From: Bacillota bacterium
Lineage (GTDB): Bacteria; Bacillota; Sulfobacillia; JAJYWN01; JAJZPE01
Assembly: GCA_021787335.1 (NCBI GenBank)
Contig: JAJYMC010000040.1
Coordinates: 8,314-72,313 of the forward strand
Direction: 5' to 3'
Length of the DNA: 64,000 nucleotides
Shown: in pieces, positions 9,460-19,446 of the stretch
How the letters are laid out: the number at the start of each line of letters is the position of its first letter
How positions within the stretch are numbered: the first letter of the stretch is position 1
Position numbers and translations under genes: made by a program
Notes under the pieces: model-generated
Told to the model about the DNA's origin: nothing
Database searches by the model: none
Seen by the model: only the letters and a program-made list of their open reading frames with translations

Positions 9460-10133
9460 TTGCCAGCCTCGTCCTCACCGACCTCTTTCGCAGTGCGAAG
9501 AGGTTTGCCGTCGGCTTGCCGATGTTGGTCCTGGTCGCTCCGGTCGTCGACCTGGTGATGGGAGCCGAGGTCGCCAGCGGGATGGTGCCCGCCTTTTTCA
9601 CTCTGCTGGCCTGGGACCACCTGCAACAGACCGCCCTGACCGAGGACAAGGAGCAAACGTGGGAGTTCCTGCGGGTTCTCCCTTTGTCGCCGGTCACCAT
9701 TGTCACAGTCAGGTTCCTTTCAAACGGGGCCGCCATTCTGATGTACGCCCTCGTCGGGACGTTGACCGCGATCTCGATCCCGCTAGTGAGGCAGGCGGTA
9801 AGTCCGGGGGACTGGCCCATCTTCATCGCTTTCACCGTCGCCGTGAGCCTGCTGATGATGGCCTGGTTCAACGCCCGTTACTACCGGGCCGGCTACCGAG
9901 GGGTCATGACGAACGGGGCGGTCACCTACGTCATTCTGCTGGTCGTCGGCGTGGCCGTGCTCATGGCGCGAACGCCCGTCATCCCCGTCATCCGGGCGGT
10001 CACGACAGCCTACCACTGGGCGCAGGCGCAGCCGGCCCCGGCGTTGACCGCCATTGTGGCGTCGACACTGGTCCTGGTCGTGCTCAGCTGGGGTTACTCC
10101 GTGACTGTCTTCTCGCGCAAGGAGTTCCACTGA
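9456..10133 (+). CDS. ABC-2-type membrane protein (putative permease subunit)
   Basis: 225-aa multi-TM ORF overlapping the ATPase stop by 4 nt. Confidence 0.6.
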   Translation: MIASLVLTDLFRSAKRFAVGLPMLVLVAPVVDLVMGAEVASGMVPAFFTLLAWDHLQQTALTEDKEQTWEFLRVLPLSPVTIVTVRFLSNGAAILMYALVGTLTAISIPLVRQAVSPGDWPIFIAFTVAVSLLMMAWFNARYYRAGYRGVMTNGAVTYVILLVVGVAVLMARTPVIPVIRAVTTAYHWAQAQPAPALTAIVASTLVLVVLSWGYSVTVFSRKEFH

Positions 10134-10187
10134 GGCACCCCGGCTAGAGAGCCGCCAGAATTGCCACCCCGGGGGAGGCGTCAACCG

Positions 10188-10877
10188 ATGCTCGCACGAC
10201 TGGTTCAAGGCGACCTTCATGAGCGGACTCGCTCGATCCTGGCCGTCCTGCTCCCGACGCTGATCGCGGTGCCATTCTTCGGCATGGTCCTGGGGGCTCA
10301 GTCCGCCGCCGGCGTCCTCCCGATGACGATGGCCATGGCCATGTGGACCTACAACACGCGCACCGCCTATGAGGAAGACAAGGCGGAGCTGTGGACCTAT
10401 CTCAGGGCGCTGCCCATCCCCCCGCGGCAGATCGTGGCCGTGCGTTACCTTTCGACCGGCCTCGTCACCGTGGGCCTCACCAGCTTGGCCGTCGTCGCCG
10501 CCTATGCCTTCCCCTTCATCCCGCGGATCCCGCTGACTCACCAGCCCCTTGCCGGCGCCGCCCTGGCCGGCCTTGAGACGGGCCTGTTGGTATCGGCCTT
10601 CTTCAACGTCGTCTACTACCGCCTGGGCTACAAGGCGGCGGTCGGGAGCGGGTCGTGGACGGTCATGCTTGTGCTCATCTTCGGCTTCTTCGTTGTCGCC
10701 CTCCTGCGAGATATGAGCTTCAGCCGGTCCCTGGCGGCCCTGGCGGTCCGGGCCCTGGCCTGGTCGTCCCGGCACAGCTCAGGGGCGGCGGTGCTGGCGG
10801 TGATGGCGGGCGGACTCGTGTACTGGATGTGCTGGGCCTTTTCCGCCGCTGCCTTCTCGCGCAGGGAATTTGACTGA
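10188..10877 (+). CDS. Paralogous ABC-2-type membrane protein
   Basis: Similar length and shared motifs with the preceding gene (E-DK-E-W-(F/Y)LR-LP, FSR(K/R)EF C-terminus). The ATG at 10188 lies behind a GGGGGAGG RBS. Confidence 0.55.
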   Translation: MLARLVQGDLHERTRSILAVLLPTLIAVPFFGMVLGAQSAAGVLPMTMAMAMWTYNTRTAYEEDKAELWTYLRALPIPPRQIVAVRYLSTGLVTVGLTSLAVVAAYAFPFIPRIPLTHQPLAGAALAGLETGLLVSAFFNVVYYRLGYKAAVGSGSWTVMLVLIFGFFVVALLRDMSFSRSLAALAVRALAWSSRHSSGAAVLAVMAGGLVYWMCWAFSAAAFSRREFD

Positions 10878-10939
10878 CCCAGGCGTCCGGGCGAACGTGG
10901 TGGAATACATCGCATCAGAGAGATGGGGGGCTGCTGCAA

Positions 10940-11083
10940 TTGGCAAAGAAGGACCTTGTCCAAGTCCGGAACCCCAAGACAGACAGGTATATTAAGATCG
11001 ACCGCGGGGCGGGCAAGATCATCGGCCACAAGAAAACCCCCGGCCCGTACAAGAATGTGCCCGTAGCTGGGAAGCATAGATGA
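10940..11083 (+). CDS. Small conserved-looking basic protein (47 aa), below the ORF-track threshold
   Basis: A TTG start after a G-rich RBS gives MAKKDLVQVRNPKTDRYIKIDRGAGKIIGHKKTPGPYKNVPVAGKHR. The sequence is protein-like and sits in an otherwise empty intergenic gap. Confidence 0.35.
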   Translation: MAKKDLVQVRNPKTDRYIKIDRGAGKIIGHKKTPGPYKNVPVAGKHR

Positions 11084-11204
11084 TTCCGCACGACCCCGAG
11101 GGTGATGGTGCATCCAACTACGAAAAACGGCGGGCCCGCGATTGCGGGTCCGCCATCTTGTGGCCTGCTGGTCCGTTCTGATTCGTGAAGCCCCTACCGA
11201 GCCC

Positions 11205-11675
11205 TTACTTCCACGTCTTCAACTCCCCAGCCTTGGCCCGGGCGAGCTGGCGGCGGTGCTTGAGGAAGTGGACGATGGAATGCTCCATGATGAACTCGGC
11301 GGTCGTCGGCTTCTGCCAGGTCACGAGGATGAAGCCGAGGTCCTGGTCGTTGAGGGCGGCCAAGCACTGCTCGGTGAAGCCCTTGATGTCCTCGAGGGCG
11401 TCCCATATCTCGGCGAGGTTCGTGCTGGTCCGGATGTTGGGGTACTTAACCTCCGGCACCGGCTTGTTCATCGCCTTGAGGAAGTACTGCGGCAGGCCAT
11501 AGGCGGCCCCGGCCACATGGCCCATGACCCCCTTGACCGACTTCTGATTGCCCTCGAGGTTCAGCTCGAAGAACTCCGGGGGCTGCTCCTTGAGGAAGCC
11601 CACGAAGTCCCGGCGGGCACGGTCCCACTCGTCGAGGAGGGCCTTGATGACGTTTCTGGTCGGCGTGGTTGACAT
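11205..11675 (-). CDS. DinB-superfamily protein
   Basis: Four-helix-bundle-like sequence with His motifs (MGHVAGA, EHSIVHFLKHR). The ATG at 11675 lies behind a GGGGAGAG RBS. Confidence 0.55.
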   Translation of the reverse strand: MSTTPTRNVIKALLDEWDRARRDFVGFLKEQPPEFFELNLEGNQKSVKGVMGHVAGAAYGLPQYFLKAMNKPVPEVKYPNIRTSTNLAEIWDALEDIKGFTEQCLAALNDQDLGFILVTWQKPTTAEFIMEHSIVHFLKHRRQLARAKAGELKTWK

Positions 11676-11825
11676 CGTCGTCACTCTCCCCTGCATTTTG
11701 GATGCGGAGGGTTTCCACAAGCGGTGCGGGATACCTTTCGCCCGGCGAGGATTTTGGGGGGCTCAGCCGCGACGGCCGCCCCCGCGGCGAGCGACCCCCG
11801 CAGGCCCGCACGCGCCTGGATTCCC

Positions 11826-12509
11826 TCAGATGAACGGCACCTGCCCGAGGCCGAGTTCCAGGATGAGGATCTCATAGAGGAAGACGACGACCATCAGGAT
11901 GGCCGAGGCGACCAGCATCTGGATGAAGCCCAGGCCCCCCACGACCCGCAGGTGGATCAGGTAGAGCAGGACCTTCCACAGGAAGGCGAAGGCCAGGAGG
12001 CCGAAGAGAAGGAGCTTGAACCATGGGCCGCGGGCGTCCGGCGGCACGCCGACGAAGCTGGCGATGAAGTGGAAGAGGATGATGACGGCGAAGGCATAGA
12101 TGGTCGGCGGGTAGGTCAGGGCCCAGGCCGCCAGGTGGCGACGCGGCTCGCCCCGCCCCCCGACCAGTTTGCAGACCAGGCCCACGGTCAGGGCGGCCCC
12201 GATGTAGGTGACGATGACGATGGTCGGCGGGATGAGGATGATGGCCGGCCAGGACCATTCGGTCAGGCCGCCGCCCATCCCGCGGGCGGAGATGCCGAAG
12301 AGCATCAGCAGGGGCGCGGCGATGGCCCCGATGATCCAGCCGGCCGCGGACAGCCGGCCGCTTCCGGCCACTTCGCCCATAATCTCATAGGGGCTCACGA
12401 GGATGCGGCGCGCGGTCAGGGGCGGCATCGACGGCGGGTTCGACGGAGCGTCGGGCGGCTGATTGGGCGGCCCGCTCGGAGGCATATTCGGCGTTTCGTT
12501 TGACGGCAA
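11826..12509 (-). CDS. Yip1-family membrane protein with Pro-rich N-terminus
   Basis: 227-aa ORF with five predicted TM helices after a PPxxPP-rich head. The overall pattern is Yip1-like. Confidence 0.5.
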   Translation of the reverse strand: MPSNETPNMPPSGPPNQPPDAPSNPPSMPPLTARRILVSPYEIMGEVAGSGRLSAAGWIIGAIAAPLLMLFGISARGMGGGLTEWSWPAIILIPPTIVIVTYIGAALTVGLVCKLVGGRGEPRRHLAAWALTYPPTIYAFAVIILFHFIASFVGVPPDARGPWFKLLLFGLLAFAFLWKVLLYLIHLRVVGGLGFIQMLVASAILMVVVFLYEILILELGLGQVPFI

Positions 12510-12511
12510 CG

Positions 12512-12850
12512 TTACCAGCCTCCCATCAAGGAATTGACGACTCTTGGAAAGGCCGACCCCAGGGCGACTCGGGCGATGATGGTCAGGGCGGCGGCGCCGT
12601 AGGCGAGGTACCAGAAGAAGTGCTCCTTCAGGTGATGCCGGGCGAAGCGATAAGCGGCGACCAGGCCGACGCGCCGGAACTCCCGCTCGGTACGGATGAC
12701 CCGCACCTCGGCCAGCACCGCGGCCTCGAGGCGGGCGGCTGCCTCGGGCGAGGGCCCGGTGGCGTCAGAGGACGGCTCCGTCGCGTCAGTTTCGGCCAGG
12801 ACGGACAGCAACTTCTCGACCTCGGGCCCGCGCCCGCGCTCTCCGGTCAT
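12512..12850 (-). CDS. Putative anti-sigma factor / small membrane protein coupled to the ECF sigma
   Basis: The start overlaps the sigma-factor stop (ATGA). There is a single C-terminal TM helix. Confidence 0.4.
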   Translation of the reverse strand: MTGERGRGPEVEKLLSVLAETDATEPSSDATGPSPEAAARLEAAVLAEVRVIRTEREFRRVGLVAAYRFARHHLKEHFFWYLAYGAAALTIIARVALGSAFPRVVNSLMGGW

Positions 12851-13416
12851 TGATACTCCCCTCCCCACACCCGCCTGAAGGCGGTGGCAAAAGCCTCGCG
12901 CCCGCGCGTGAGGGCCGACTCGACGGCCTTGACCGTCGTTCGGCGCTGCTCGGCCATCTCGCGCACCGTCCGCCCTCGCTCGTACTTGTCGATGAGGAGT
13001 CCGCGCTGCCGCGACGGCAACTCGGCCAGGGCCAGGTCGACGGCCTCGCGGAGGGCCAGCCGGTCCGCGGGGTCGGCGTCGGATGCAAGGTCGTGGTCGT
13101 CCACGAACTCAGCAACGACAGGCGGTTGGCGCCCCATACGGCGGTAGTGGTCGGCCACCTTGTGCTTGCCGATGCCGCAGAGCCAGGTCAACAGCGACGA
13201 CCGACCATCGTACTCCCCGGCCGCCCGCACCGCCGCCAGGAAGATGTCCTGCAGGACCTCCTCGGCGTCCTCACGGGCCGGGGCCATCCGCCGCCAGAGA
13301 TACCCAAAGACCGGGCCCTGATGGGCTCGAAGCAGCTCCCGGGCCGCGGCTTCGGAACCCTTCTTGACTTCGTTCATCAGGGCCAGGTCATCGTCGTGGA
13401 TTGTCGTTCGCCCCAA
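12847..13416 (-). CDS. ECF-type sigma-70 family RNA polymerase sigma factor
   Basis: Region 2 (QDIFLAAVRA...) and region 4 (LPSRQRGLLIDKYERGRTVREMAE) signatures. Confidence 0.85.
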   Translation of the reverse strand: MGRTTIHDDDLALMNEVKKGSEAAARELLRAHQGPVFGYLWRRMAPAREDAEEVLQDIFLAAVRAAGEYDGRSSLLTWLCGIGKHKVADHYRRMGRQPPVVAEFVDDHDLASDADPADRLALREAVDLALAELPSRQRGLLIDKYERGRTVREMAEQRRTTVKAVESALTRGREAFATAFRRVWGGEYQ

Positions 13417-13491
13417 TCGTTGGCCTTCATTTCGTTAGTCGTCAAAATCGGACCGCATCCTTCTCCGACGAGTCAACATATTCACAGCTGG

Positions 13492-15021
13492 TCAACGGAT
13501 GGTCGCGAGGTCCAGTACCTCGACCGTGACTGTTGGCCCCGCCCCGGTCACTACGCCACCGTCCCGGAACGGGCGATCGGTCCGCGCCAGGGTCAGGTAG
13601 CGACCGGAGTTCGAGGGGATGAAGGACGTGAAGGTCTGGCCCTTAGGGGCGGCCAGGAGCGCGCGGCGGGCGCCGGTCGACCCGACCAACCCGACCTCGC
13701 TCTCCGTGGTGTACATGATGCCCTTCTCCGTCCACCATGCCTCGGCGAAGTCGACGCCGGAGGCCATGATCACCGGCTTTACGGTGGTGACGTCCAGGGC
13801 CACGAGCTGCTTATCCCCGACCGGGCTGGGCACGAGGACCAGGTTGCCCGACCAGCGGGCGTCCGGGTGGATGAAGGACATGGCCGGGTACTCGCTGATC
13901 TTGAACGGGGCCGGGGGTAGGAGTCGCACGGTTCGGGCGGTCACGTCGACGGCCCCGATGAACTCATGGCGTTCCAGCGGCCCGGCGAAGTTGATGGACT
14001 GCCCCTCCAGTAGGAGATACCGTCCGTCCGGCGACCAGCTGGGCTGGACATAGAGCCACCACTCCATGGTTACCGGGACTCCGGCTTCTTCTAAAGCCGG
14101 TCGGAGGTCCAGGCTGAAGGACAGCTCGTCGCCGGCCGTCAGGAAGCGCAGCTCGGTCGCCGCGAACTCGACCTGGGCGATTATCCCCTCGAAGGAGATC
14201 TTCCTGACCGGGTCATACGGTTGCGCCCGCAACCCACCCTCGCCCGGCAGCCGCACCTCGAGCCGCCCGGCCGCACTCCAGGTCACCCGGGGGTAGCTCC
14301 TGCCTGGGCAGGGGAAGGTGGCGGTCTGCGTCGCAGTCGCCGGGTCGAACTCCAGCCACTCTGAGTCTGGCCAACCTTCCTCTAAGGTCCGCTGAATGGC
14401 GGCGCGGTCCCCGGCGGGAGACCACTGAGGGATGCCAAAGGTTCCTTCCCCCAGGTCGGACTCGGTGAGCTTCCCGGTCTCCAGGTCGATGACCCAAAGG
14501 CGGGAGACGCTCATGGCCCGGGAGCCGGACTGGGCCGGCGTGGACGGCCGGCGCACTTCCCCGACGATGAACCGACCGTTGGGCGACCACGAAGAGACCG
14601 TCGCCCATGTCGGGTCTGGGTGGTTAAAGGCGTAGCGTGTCTCGCGGCTCCCTCGCAGCCGGCGGATGACCACTGCGTCGTCGCGGATGAAGGCCACGGC
14701 AGAGCCGTCGGGCGCGCCCACCGTGAAGGTGGGAACCCCGTCGGCCGAGAACCGCTTGGCCCGCTCGACGTCGATCAGAGCGCTGGGGCCGAGACCGTTG
14801 TCCCCAACGGCCAGGAGGTTCGGCCCAACCCAGCGCATCAGGCCCTGAACCGGTCCGATGGTCAGCCGCCCCTCGTGGCGAGCCACCTTTGGTCCAGGCG
14901 CACCGAAGGTCAAGGTGGCTACGGCCGCAATGGCCGCAACCAAGGAGTCCCGCGGTCGCCAGGGCCGCCGACCGGCCGGGCGATGACCGGGACGGTTTGA
15001 ATGATTCCATCTTGATGCCAC
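13492..15021 (-). CDS. Secreted beta-propeller (PD40/TolB-like) repeat protein
   Basis: 509-aa ORF with an N-terminal hydrophobic segment and repeated W-SP-G-(R/Y) beta-propeller-like units (WSPNGRF, WSPAGDR, WSPDGRY). Confidence 0.5.
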   Translation of the reverse strand: MASRWNHSNRPGHRPAGRRPWRPRDSLVAAIAAVATLTFGAPGPKVARHEGRLTIGPVQGLMRWVGPNLLAVGDNGLGPSALIDVERAKRFSADGVPTFTVGAPDGSAVAFIRDDAVVIRRLRGSRETRYAFNHPDPTWATVSSWSPNGRFIVGEVRRPSTPAQSGSRAMSVSRLWVIDLETGKLTESDLGEGTFGIPQWSPAGDRAAIQRTLEEGWPDSEWLEFDPATATQTATFPCPGRSYPRVTWSAAGRLEVRLPGEGGLRAQPYDPVRKISFEGIIAQVEFAATELRFLTAGDELSFSLDLRPALEEAGVPVTMEWWLYVQPSWSPDGRYLLLEGQSINFAGPLERHEFIGAVDVTARTVRLLPPAPFKISEYPAMSFIHPDARWSGNLVLVPSPVGDKQLVALDVTTVKPVIMASGVDFAEAWWTEKGIMYTTESEVGLVGSTGARRALLAAPKGQTFTSFIPSNSGRYLTLARTDRPFRDGGVVTGAGPTVTVEVLDLATIR

Positions 15022-15117
15022 CCCCCGTCTCGTTTCGACGTGAGCATCCAGGAAATGGTTCCCAGAGAGGGGCGCCGCCGCCGCGCGGCGAAGTAGGTCC
15101 CGTGGGGGTGATGAGCC

Positions 15118-15771
15118 ATGTCGCCGGTAGTCTTATCAGCTACGCTTTCGGCCGCGCTGCAGGTGCTTATCTTTGCCGCGGTTCCATTTCTCGTCTACGT
15201 CGTCAGGCGCCAGACGGCCAAAGGATTTTTCGCCTATGTCGGTCTCATCAAGCCGGAGAGGCGCGGCCTGCGCCCAGCCCTCATGGCGGCTGCGGCCGTC
15301 GTCCCTCTGCTCGTGGTGATGGAGCATCTACCGGGCCTGCGCGAAGCCGCGGCGGGTCCGGGCACGGTGGCCGGCAATCTGCGGGCCGCGGGCCCGACGC
15401 CCACGGCCATCTACGCCCTTCTCGTGGGGGCCTGGGTCCAGACCTCGCTGTCCGAGGAACTGCTCTTTCGCGGCTTCATCGGGCGACGGCTGATCGGCTG
15501 GTGGGGGTTCAGCTCGGGCAATGCCTTGCAGGCGCTGCTCTTCGGGGCGGTGCACGTCGGCCTTCTCTCGCGGGCGCGAGGCGCGGCCGGCTCCGGCGCG
15601 GGCTTCAGCCCGGTCGTCTACGCCCTGGCCTTCGCCATTCCGGCGGCCTACGGTTGGGTCCTCGGCTGGCTCAAGGAGCAAGCGGGCAACGGGTCCGTCC
15701 TCCCCTGCTGGTGGGTCCATGGGCTGGGCAACACCATCGCTTGGGCGGTCGTCGCCTTCGTCGCGGGCTGA
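15118..15771 (+). CDS. CPBP-family intramembrane glutamic endopeptidase
   Basis: SEELLFRGF (EExxxR) and FGAVH motifs in a multi-TM protein. Confidence 0.8.
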   Translation: MSPVVLSATLSAALQVLIFAAVPFLVYVVRRQTAKGFFAYVGLIKPERRGLRPALMAAAAVVPLLVVMEHLPGLREAAAGPGTVAGNLRAAGPTPTAIYALLVGAWVQTSLSEELLFRGFIGRRLIGWWGFSSGNALQALLFGAVHVGLLSRARGAAGSGAGFSPVVYALAFAIPAAYGWVLGWLKEQAGNGSVLPCWWVHGLGNTIAWAVVAFVAG

Positions 15772-15908
15772 GCCCGGCGGGGCTGGCCTTCTTGGGACTG
15801 ACATCGTCCGGGGATGACCCATCGCGGGCGGAGGAATTGCAGGGCCTGGTGTCGAAGTTCTTTTTGACACCAGGTCTTAACATTCATTGCTAAAAGGGGA
15901 ACCGTCGA

Positions 15909-16709
15909 ATGGCTCTGATGACCGGTAAGAAATGCTTGATCATGGGCGTCGCCAACAAACGCTCCATCGCCTGGGGCGTGGCTCAGGCCCTCCACCGCGA
16001 GGGCGCCGAACTGGCCTTCACCTACGCGGGCGAGCGCCTCAAGGAGAACGTCGAGGAACTGGTGGCCACCCTGCCCGACCATGACCGCGTCCCCGTCTAC
16101 CCGTGCGACGTGACGAAGACCGAGGAGATCAAGGCCCTCTTCGAGCGGATCGCGGCCGACTGGGGCCGGCTCGACGTCTTCGTCCACTCGGTGGCCTACG
16201 CCAAGCAGGAGCACCTCATCGGGACGTTCACCGATATCTCCTGGGACGGCTACGCGCTGGCCCACCACATCTCGGCTTACTCGCTCATCGAGACGACCCG
16301 CTACGCCCGCCCGCTCCTCGAGGCGGCCGGCGGCGGCTCCATCCTGACCATGACCTACATGGCCTCGGAGAAGGTCGTCAAGCGGTACAACGTGATGGCC
16401 ACGGCCAAGGCCGCCCTCGAGTGCAATGTGCGGTATCTGGCCGATGAACTCGGGCCGTCGAACATCCGGGTCAACGCCATCTCGGCCGGGCCGCTGAAGA
16501 CCCTGGCCGCCAGCGCCGTCAAGGGCCTGACCCTCCTCCGCGACCTGGTCGAGGAGCACGCGCCGATGCGCCGTAACGTGACCCTTGAGGAAGTCGGCGA
16601 CGTCGGGCTGTTCCTGGCCTCGCCCCTGTCGCGGTGCGTCACCGGCGAGGTCCTGCACGCCGACAACGGGTACAACATCCTGTCGGCCTCGGGCAGCGCT
16701 CAGCCCTGA
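15909..16709 (+). CDS. fabI: Enoyl-[acyl-carrier-protein] reductase (NADH) FabI
   Basis: N-terminus GKKCLIMGVANKRSIAWG and overall SDR FabI-type sequence. Confidence 0.9.
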   Translation: MALMTGKKCLIMGVANKRSIAWGVAQALHREGAELAFTYAGERLKENVEELVATLPDHDRVPVYPCDVTKTEEIKALFERIAADWGRLDVFVHSVAYAKQEHLIGTFTDISWDGYALAHHISAYSLIETTRYARPLLEAAGGGSILTMTYMASEKVVKRYNVMATAKAALECNVRYLADELGPSNIRVNAISAGPLKTLAASAVKGLTLLRDLVEEHAPMRRNVTLEEVGDVGLFLASPLSRCVTGEVLHADNGYNILSASGSAQP

Positions 16710-16801
16710 CCCGTCCGCCGGCTGGACCAAGCGAGCAGACCCTGGTCGCCCTTGGCCGGGAAAGCAAGGGCCCCCCACCGCTCGGGTGGAGGGCCTTTTC
16801 G

Positions 16802-17314
16802 TCATTGGGGAAGCCGCTTCCGCAGCTCGTAGACGGTGGTCCCGTCGGGGTTGGCCCGCGGGCCGCTAACCGCCTCGTAACCCTGGCGCCGCCAGAAAGC
16901 GATGGCCCGTTCGTTGTTGACTTGGACCCAACTGGTAAGGCTGGTCACGGCCGGGTCGTGGGCGATGGTTCGCTCGACAAGGGCCAGGACCTCGGCGCCG
17001 AGTCCCCTTCCGCGATGGGAAGCGGCCAGCATGAGCAGGTCCAGGGCGGCTCGGGCGGGGTCGCCGTCGTGTCCCGACGGCACGTAGTCGACGACCCCGA
17101 CGGGCTCGCCAGCGGCGATGATGACCCCGAAGACCCCTCCGCGTTCACGGGAGATTCGGAGGTCGGCCTCGACCATCTCCATAGAGGCCCGGGGCACCGG
17201 ACCGAGGGCCAGGAAGTCCTCGCACTGGCGGTAGACGGTCAGGAGCCGGTCCGCGTCGGCCGGGCCCACCCTTTCGATGACGAAAGTGCTCCCCTTGGCG
17301 ATGACCCTTGTCAT
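16802..17314 (-). CDS. GNAT-family N-acetyltransferase
   Basis: Acetyl-CoA binding motif HRGRGLGAEVL. Confidence 0.75.
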   Translation of the reverse strand: MTRVIAKGSTFVIERVGPADADRLLTVYRQCEDFLALGPVPRASMEMVEADLRISRERGGVFGVIIAAGEPVGVVDYVPSGHDGDPARAALDLLMLAASHRGRGLGAEVLALVERTIAHDPAVTSLTSWVQVNNERAIAFWRRQGYEAVSGPRANPDGTTVYELRKRLPQ

Positions 17315-17814
17315 TTCTTTCCCTTATGAAAGTCCTCGCCCATGAGGACGTACTCCTCGTCGAAGCCCACCCGCTTATAGAACCGTTGGGCATCCACGTT
17401 GTTCTTCTCCGTGCCGACCTCGATCTCGTCCATCGCACGGCGCTTGGCCTCGTCCTTGGCCGACTCGACCAGGGCCCGGCCGACGCCGAGCCCTCGGTAA
17501 TCCGCGTCGACGATGAGCTCGTTGATGAGGCAGGTGCCCTTATCGTGGAACGGGGTCTGGTAGAAGACCGCCGATAGGAAGCCCACGGCCCGGCCGCTCT
17601 CCTCGGCCACGAAGTTGGCGTACATCTCGCCGTGCGCCGTACAGTGGCGGAAGTAGCTCTCGACGCGGGCGGTGGTCACCGGTCGGTCCCCGTGGGCCAC
17701 GGCCATCAGGTCGTTCAGGAGGTCGGCGATGTTCTTGGCATCGTCGGGGCGGCATTCGCGAACCACAACGACGATGATCTCGTCACCGTGGGGCGTATCT
17801 CCTGTCGGACTCAA
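17311..17814 (-). CDS. GNAT-family N-acetyltransferase
   Basis: YRGLGVGRALV motif. There is a 4-nt overlap with neighbours on both sides. Confidence 0.75.
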   Translation of the reverse strand: MSPTGDTPHGDEIIVVVVRECRPDDAKNIADLLNDLMAVAHGDRPVTTARVESYFRHCTAHGEMYANFVAEESGRAVGFLSAVFYQTPFHDKGTCLINELIVDADYRGLGVGRALVESAKDEAKRRAMDEIEVGTEKNNVDAQRFYKRVGFDEEYVLMGEDFHKGKK

Positions 17815-18671
17815 CTCCTTGCCCTCCCCCAGGCCTCATAGACCAGCCGGGAGACCCGGCCGATGAGGACGACACCTTCGTTGTTCGGATGGAAACGCGG
17901 GTCCTTCGAGTCGTTGGTGAAGACGGACAGGACGTAACGGCCCCGGGGCGTGGTGAACAGCCCGACCTCGTTGCGGACGCCCTCGACGGCGCCGCCCTTG
18001 GACGCGAGCGCGAACGGGGCCAGCGGGTCGGTCGGGGCGTCGTCGTTGTCAAACTCCTCGATGTCGCGGACCAGCGGCTCCTTGAGCTGCTGACGCCCGA
18101 GGATGTCGAGCATCTGGTCGCAGGCCGCCGGCGTCAGCAGTTCGCGCCGGGCGATACGCAACATCAGGGTGCCCATCTCGCGCGGGGTGGTCGCCCCCAG
18201 CCCGGGCCCGATGGCCTGCGGGTTAGGGATGAAGACCTTCTTGTGGAGCCGCGTGCGGCACAGCCCGAGACCGTCCATGGCCGCGTTGACGGCGTCCCAG
18301 CCGCCGACCCGATCGATGCACAGGTTGGTGGCCGAGTTGTCGCTGACCACGATCATCAGGGTGGCAGCCTCACGGAGGGAGAGGCGGTGGTCCTCGTCGA
18401 GGTCCTTGAGGATACCCGAGCCGGTGACCATGTTCGGCCGGTCGAGGGTCAGGGCCTCGTCGAGGCTCAGGCGGCCGAGGCCCGCCAGGCGGAAGACCTC
18501 GTACATCACGGCCAGCTTGATGACGCTGGCCGTGCTGAAGACCTCGTCGGCCCGGATGGCCAGCTCCTCGCCGGTCTCCAGGTGATGGCCCCAGACGCCG
18601 AGCCGGCCGGAGAAGGCGGCGGCGGCTTTTTTAATGGGGTTGGCTAGTGACGCCCCTCTCATTTCCGTCAA
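17811..18671 (-). CDS. Serine hydrolase, class A beta-lactamase-related
   Basis: SxxK (STASVIK) and SDN (VSDNSATN) motifs. Confidence 0.75.
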   Translation of the reverse strand: MTEMRGASLANPIKKAAAAFSGRLGVWGHHLETGEELAIRADEVFSTASVIKLAVMYEVFRLAGLGRLSLDEALTLDRPNMVTGSGILKDLDEDHRLSLREAATLMIVVSDNSATNLCIDRVGGWDAVNAAMDGLGLCRTRLHKKVFIPNPQAIGPGLGATTPREMGTLMLRIARRELLTPAACDQMLDILGRQQLKEPLVRDIEEFDNDDAPTDPLAPFALASKGGAVEGVRNEVGLFTTPRGRYVLSVFTNDSKDPRFHPNNEGVVLIGRVSRLVYEAWGRARS

Positions 18672-18688
18672 TCAGAGCCCTCCCAGGT

Positions 18689-19387
18689 TCAGCCGTTCCA
18701 GCGGGCGACCCAGATGAAGCGCCAGTGGGGCACGGTGATGCCCCTGTTCGAACGTTCGTAGGTCGACGCGATGCGCTCCAGGTCGCCGGCCATCTCCGGG
18801 GCCGTGTAGTCCGGGGCGCCGGGGATCCGCGAGAGCCAGAGCGCCAGGTCCCGCAAGGTCTTCAGCCGCTCCGTGCCGGCGTATTCGTCGCCGGCCAGGA
18901 GCTCATAGCCGTTGACCGCCAGCCGCTCCAGGACGCGTTCCCGGTCACCCGAGTGGATCCCGGCGACGAGCCCTCCGGGGCGGAGCATGCGCCGCGCGTC
19001 GGCGAGGTGGGACGTGGGCCCCCGGCGGCTGTAGATGAGGTCGAAGGCGCGGTCCGGGAACGGGTAGACCTCGACCCGCCCGCCGGTCCAGACGAAGTCG
19101 ACGTTGGTCAACGCCGCCTCGCGCTTATGGCGTTCGGCCAGCCGGATCATGTTCTCGGCGTAGTCGGTGCCGGTGACGCGCTCGGCCAGGCTGGACATGA
19201 CCAGCGTGTAAAGGCCGTCGCCGCAGCCGACGTCGAGCACCCGCGGGTGCGAGGGGATGGTGCGGCGTAGCCAGCCGGTGAAGGCGGTCTCGCCATCGGG
19301 GCCCTCGAACTCGGAGTCCCAGGTCCGCCGGTAGCCGCCGTCCCTTGCGGCGACGGCATTGTACCACTCGATCCCCAGGTGGCCCAC
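18689..19387 (-). CDS. Class I SAM-dependent methyltransferase
   Basis: Motif I VLDVGCGDGLYT. Confidence 0.75.
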   Translation of the reverse strand: MGHLGIEWYNAVAARDGGYRRTWDSEFEGPDGETAFTGWLRRTIPSHPRVLDVGCGDGLYTLVMSSLAERVTGTDYAENMIRLAERHKREAALTNVDFVWTGGRVEVYPFPDRAFDLIYSRRGPTSHLADARRMLRPGGLVAGIHSGDRERVLERLAVNGYELLAGDEYAGTERLKTLRDLALWLSRIPGAPDYTAPEMAGDLERIASTYERSNRGITVPHWRFIWVARWNG

Positions 19388-19446
19388 CTCCCCACCACGC
19401 GCATTCAGATCGCGCCCTGTCGCAAGGCGCCTGGCTCAGCGTCCGC

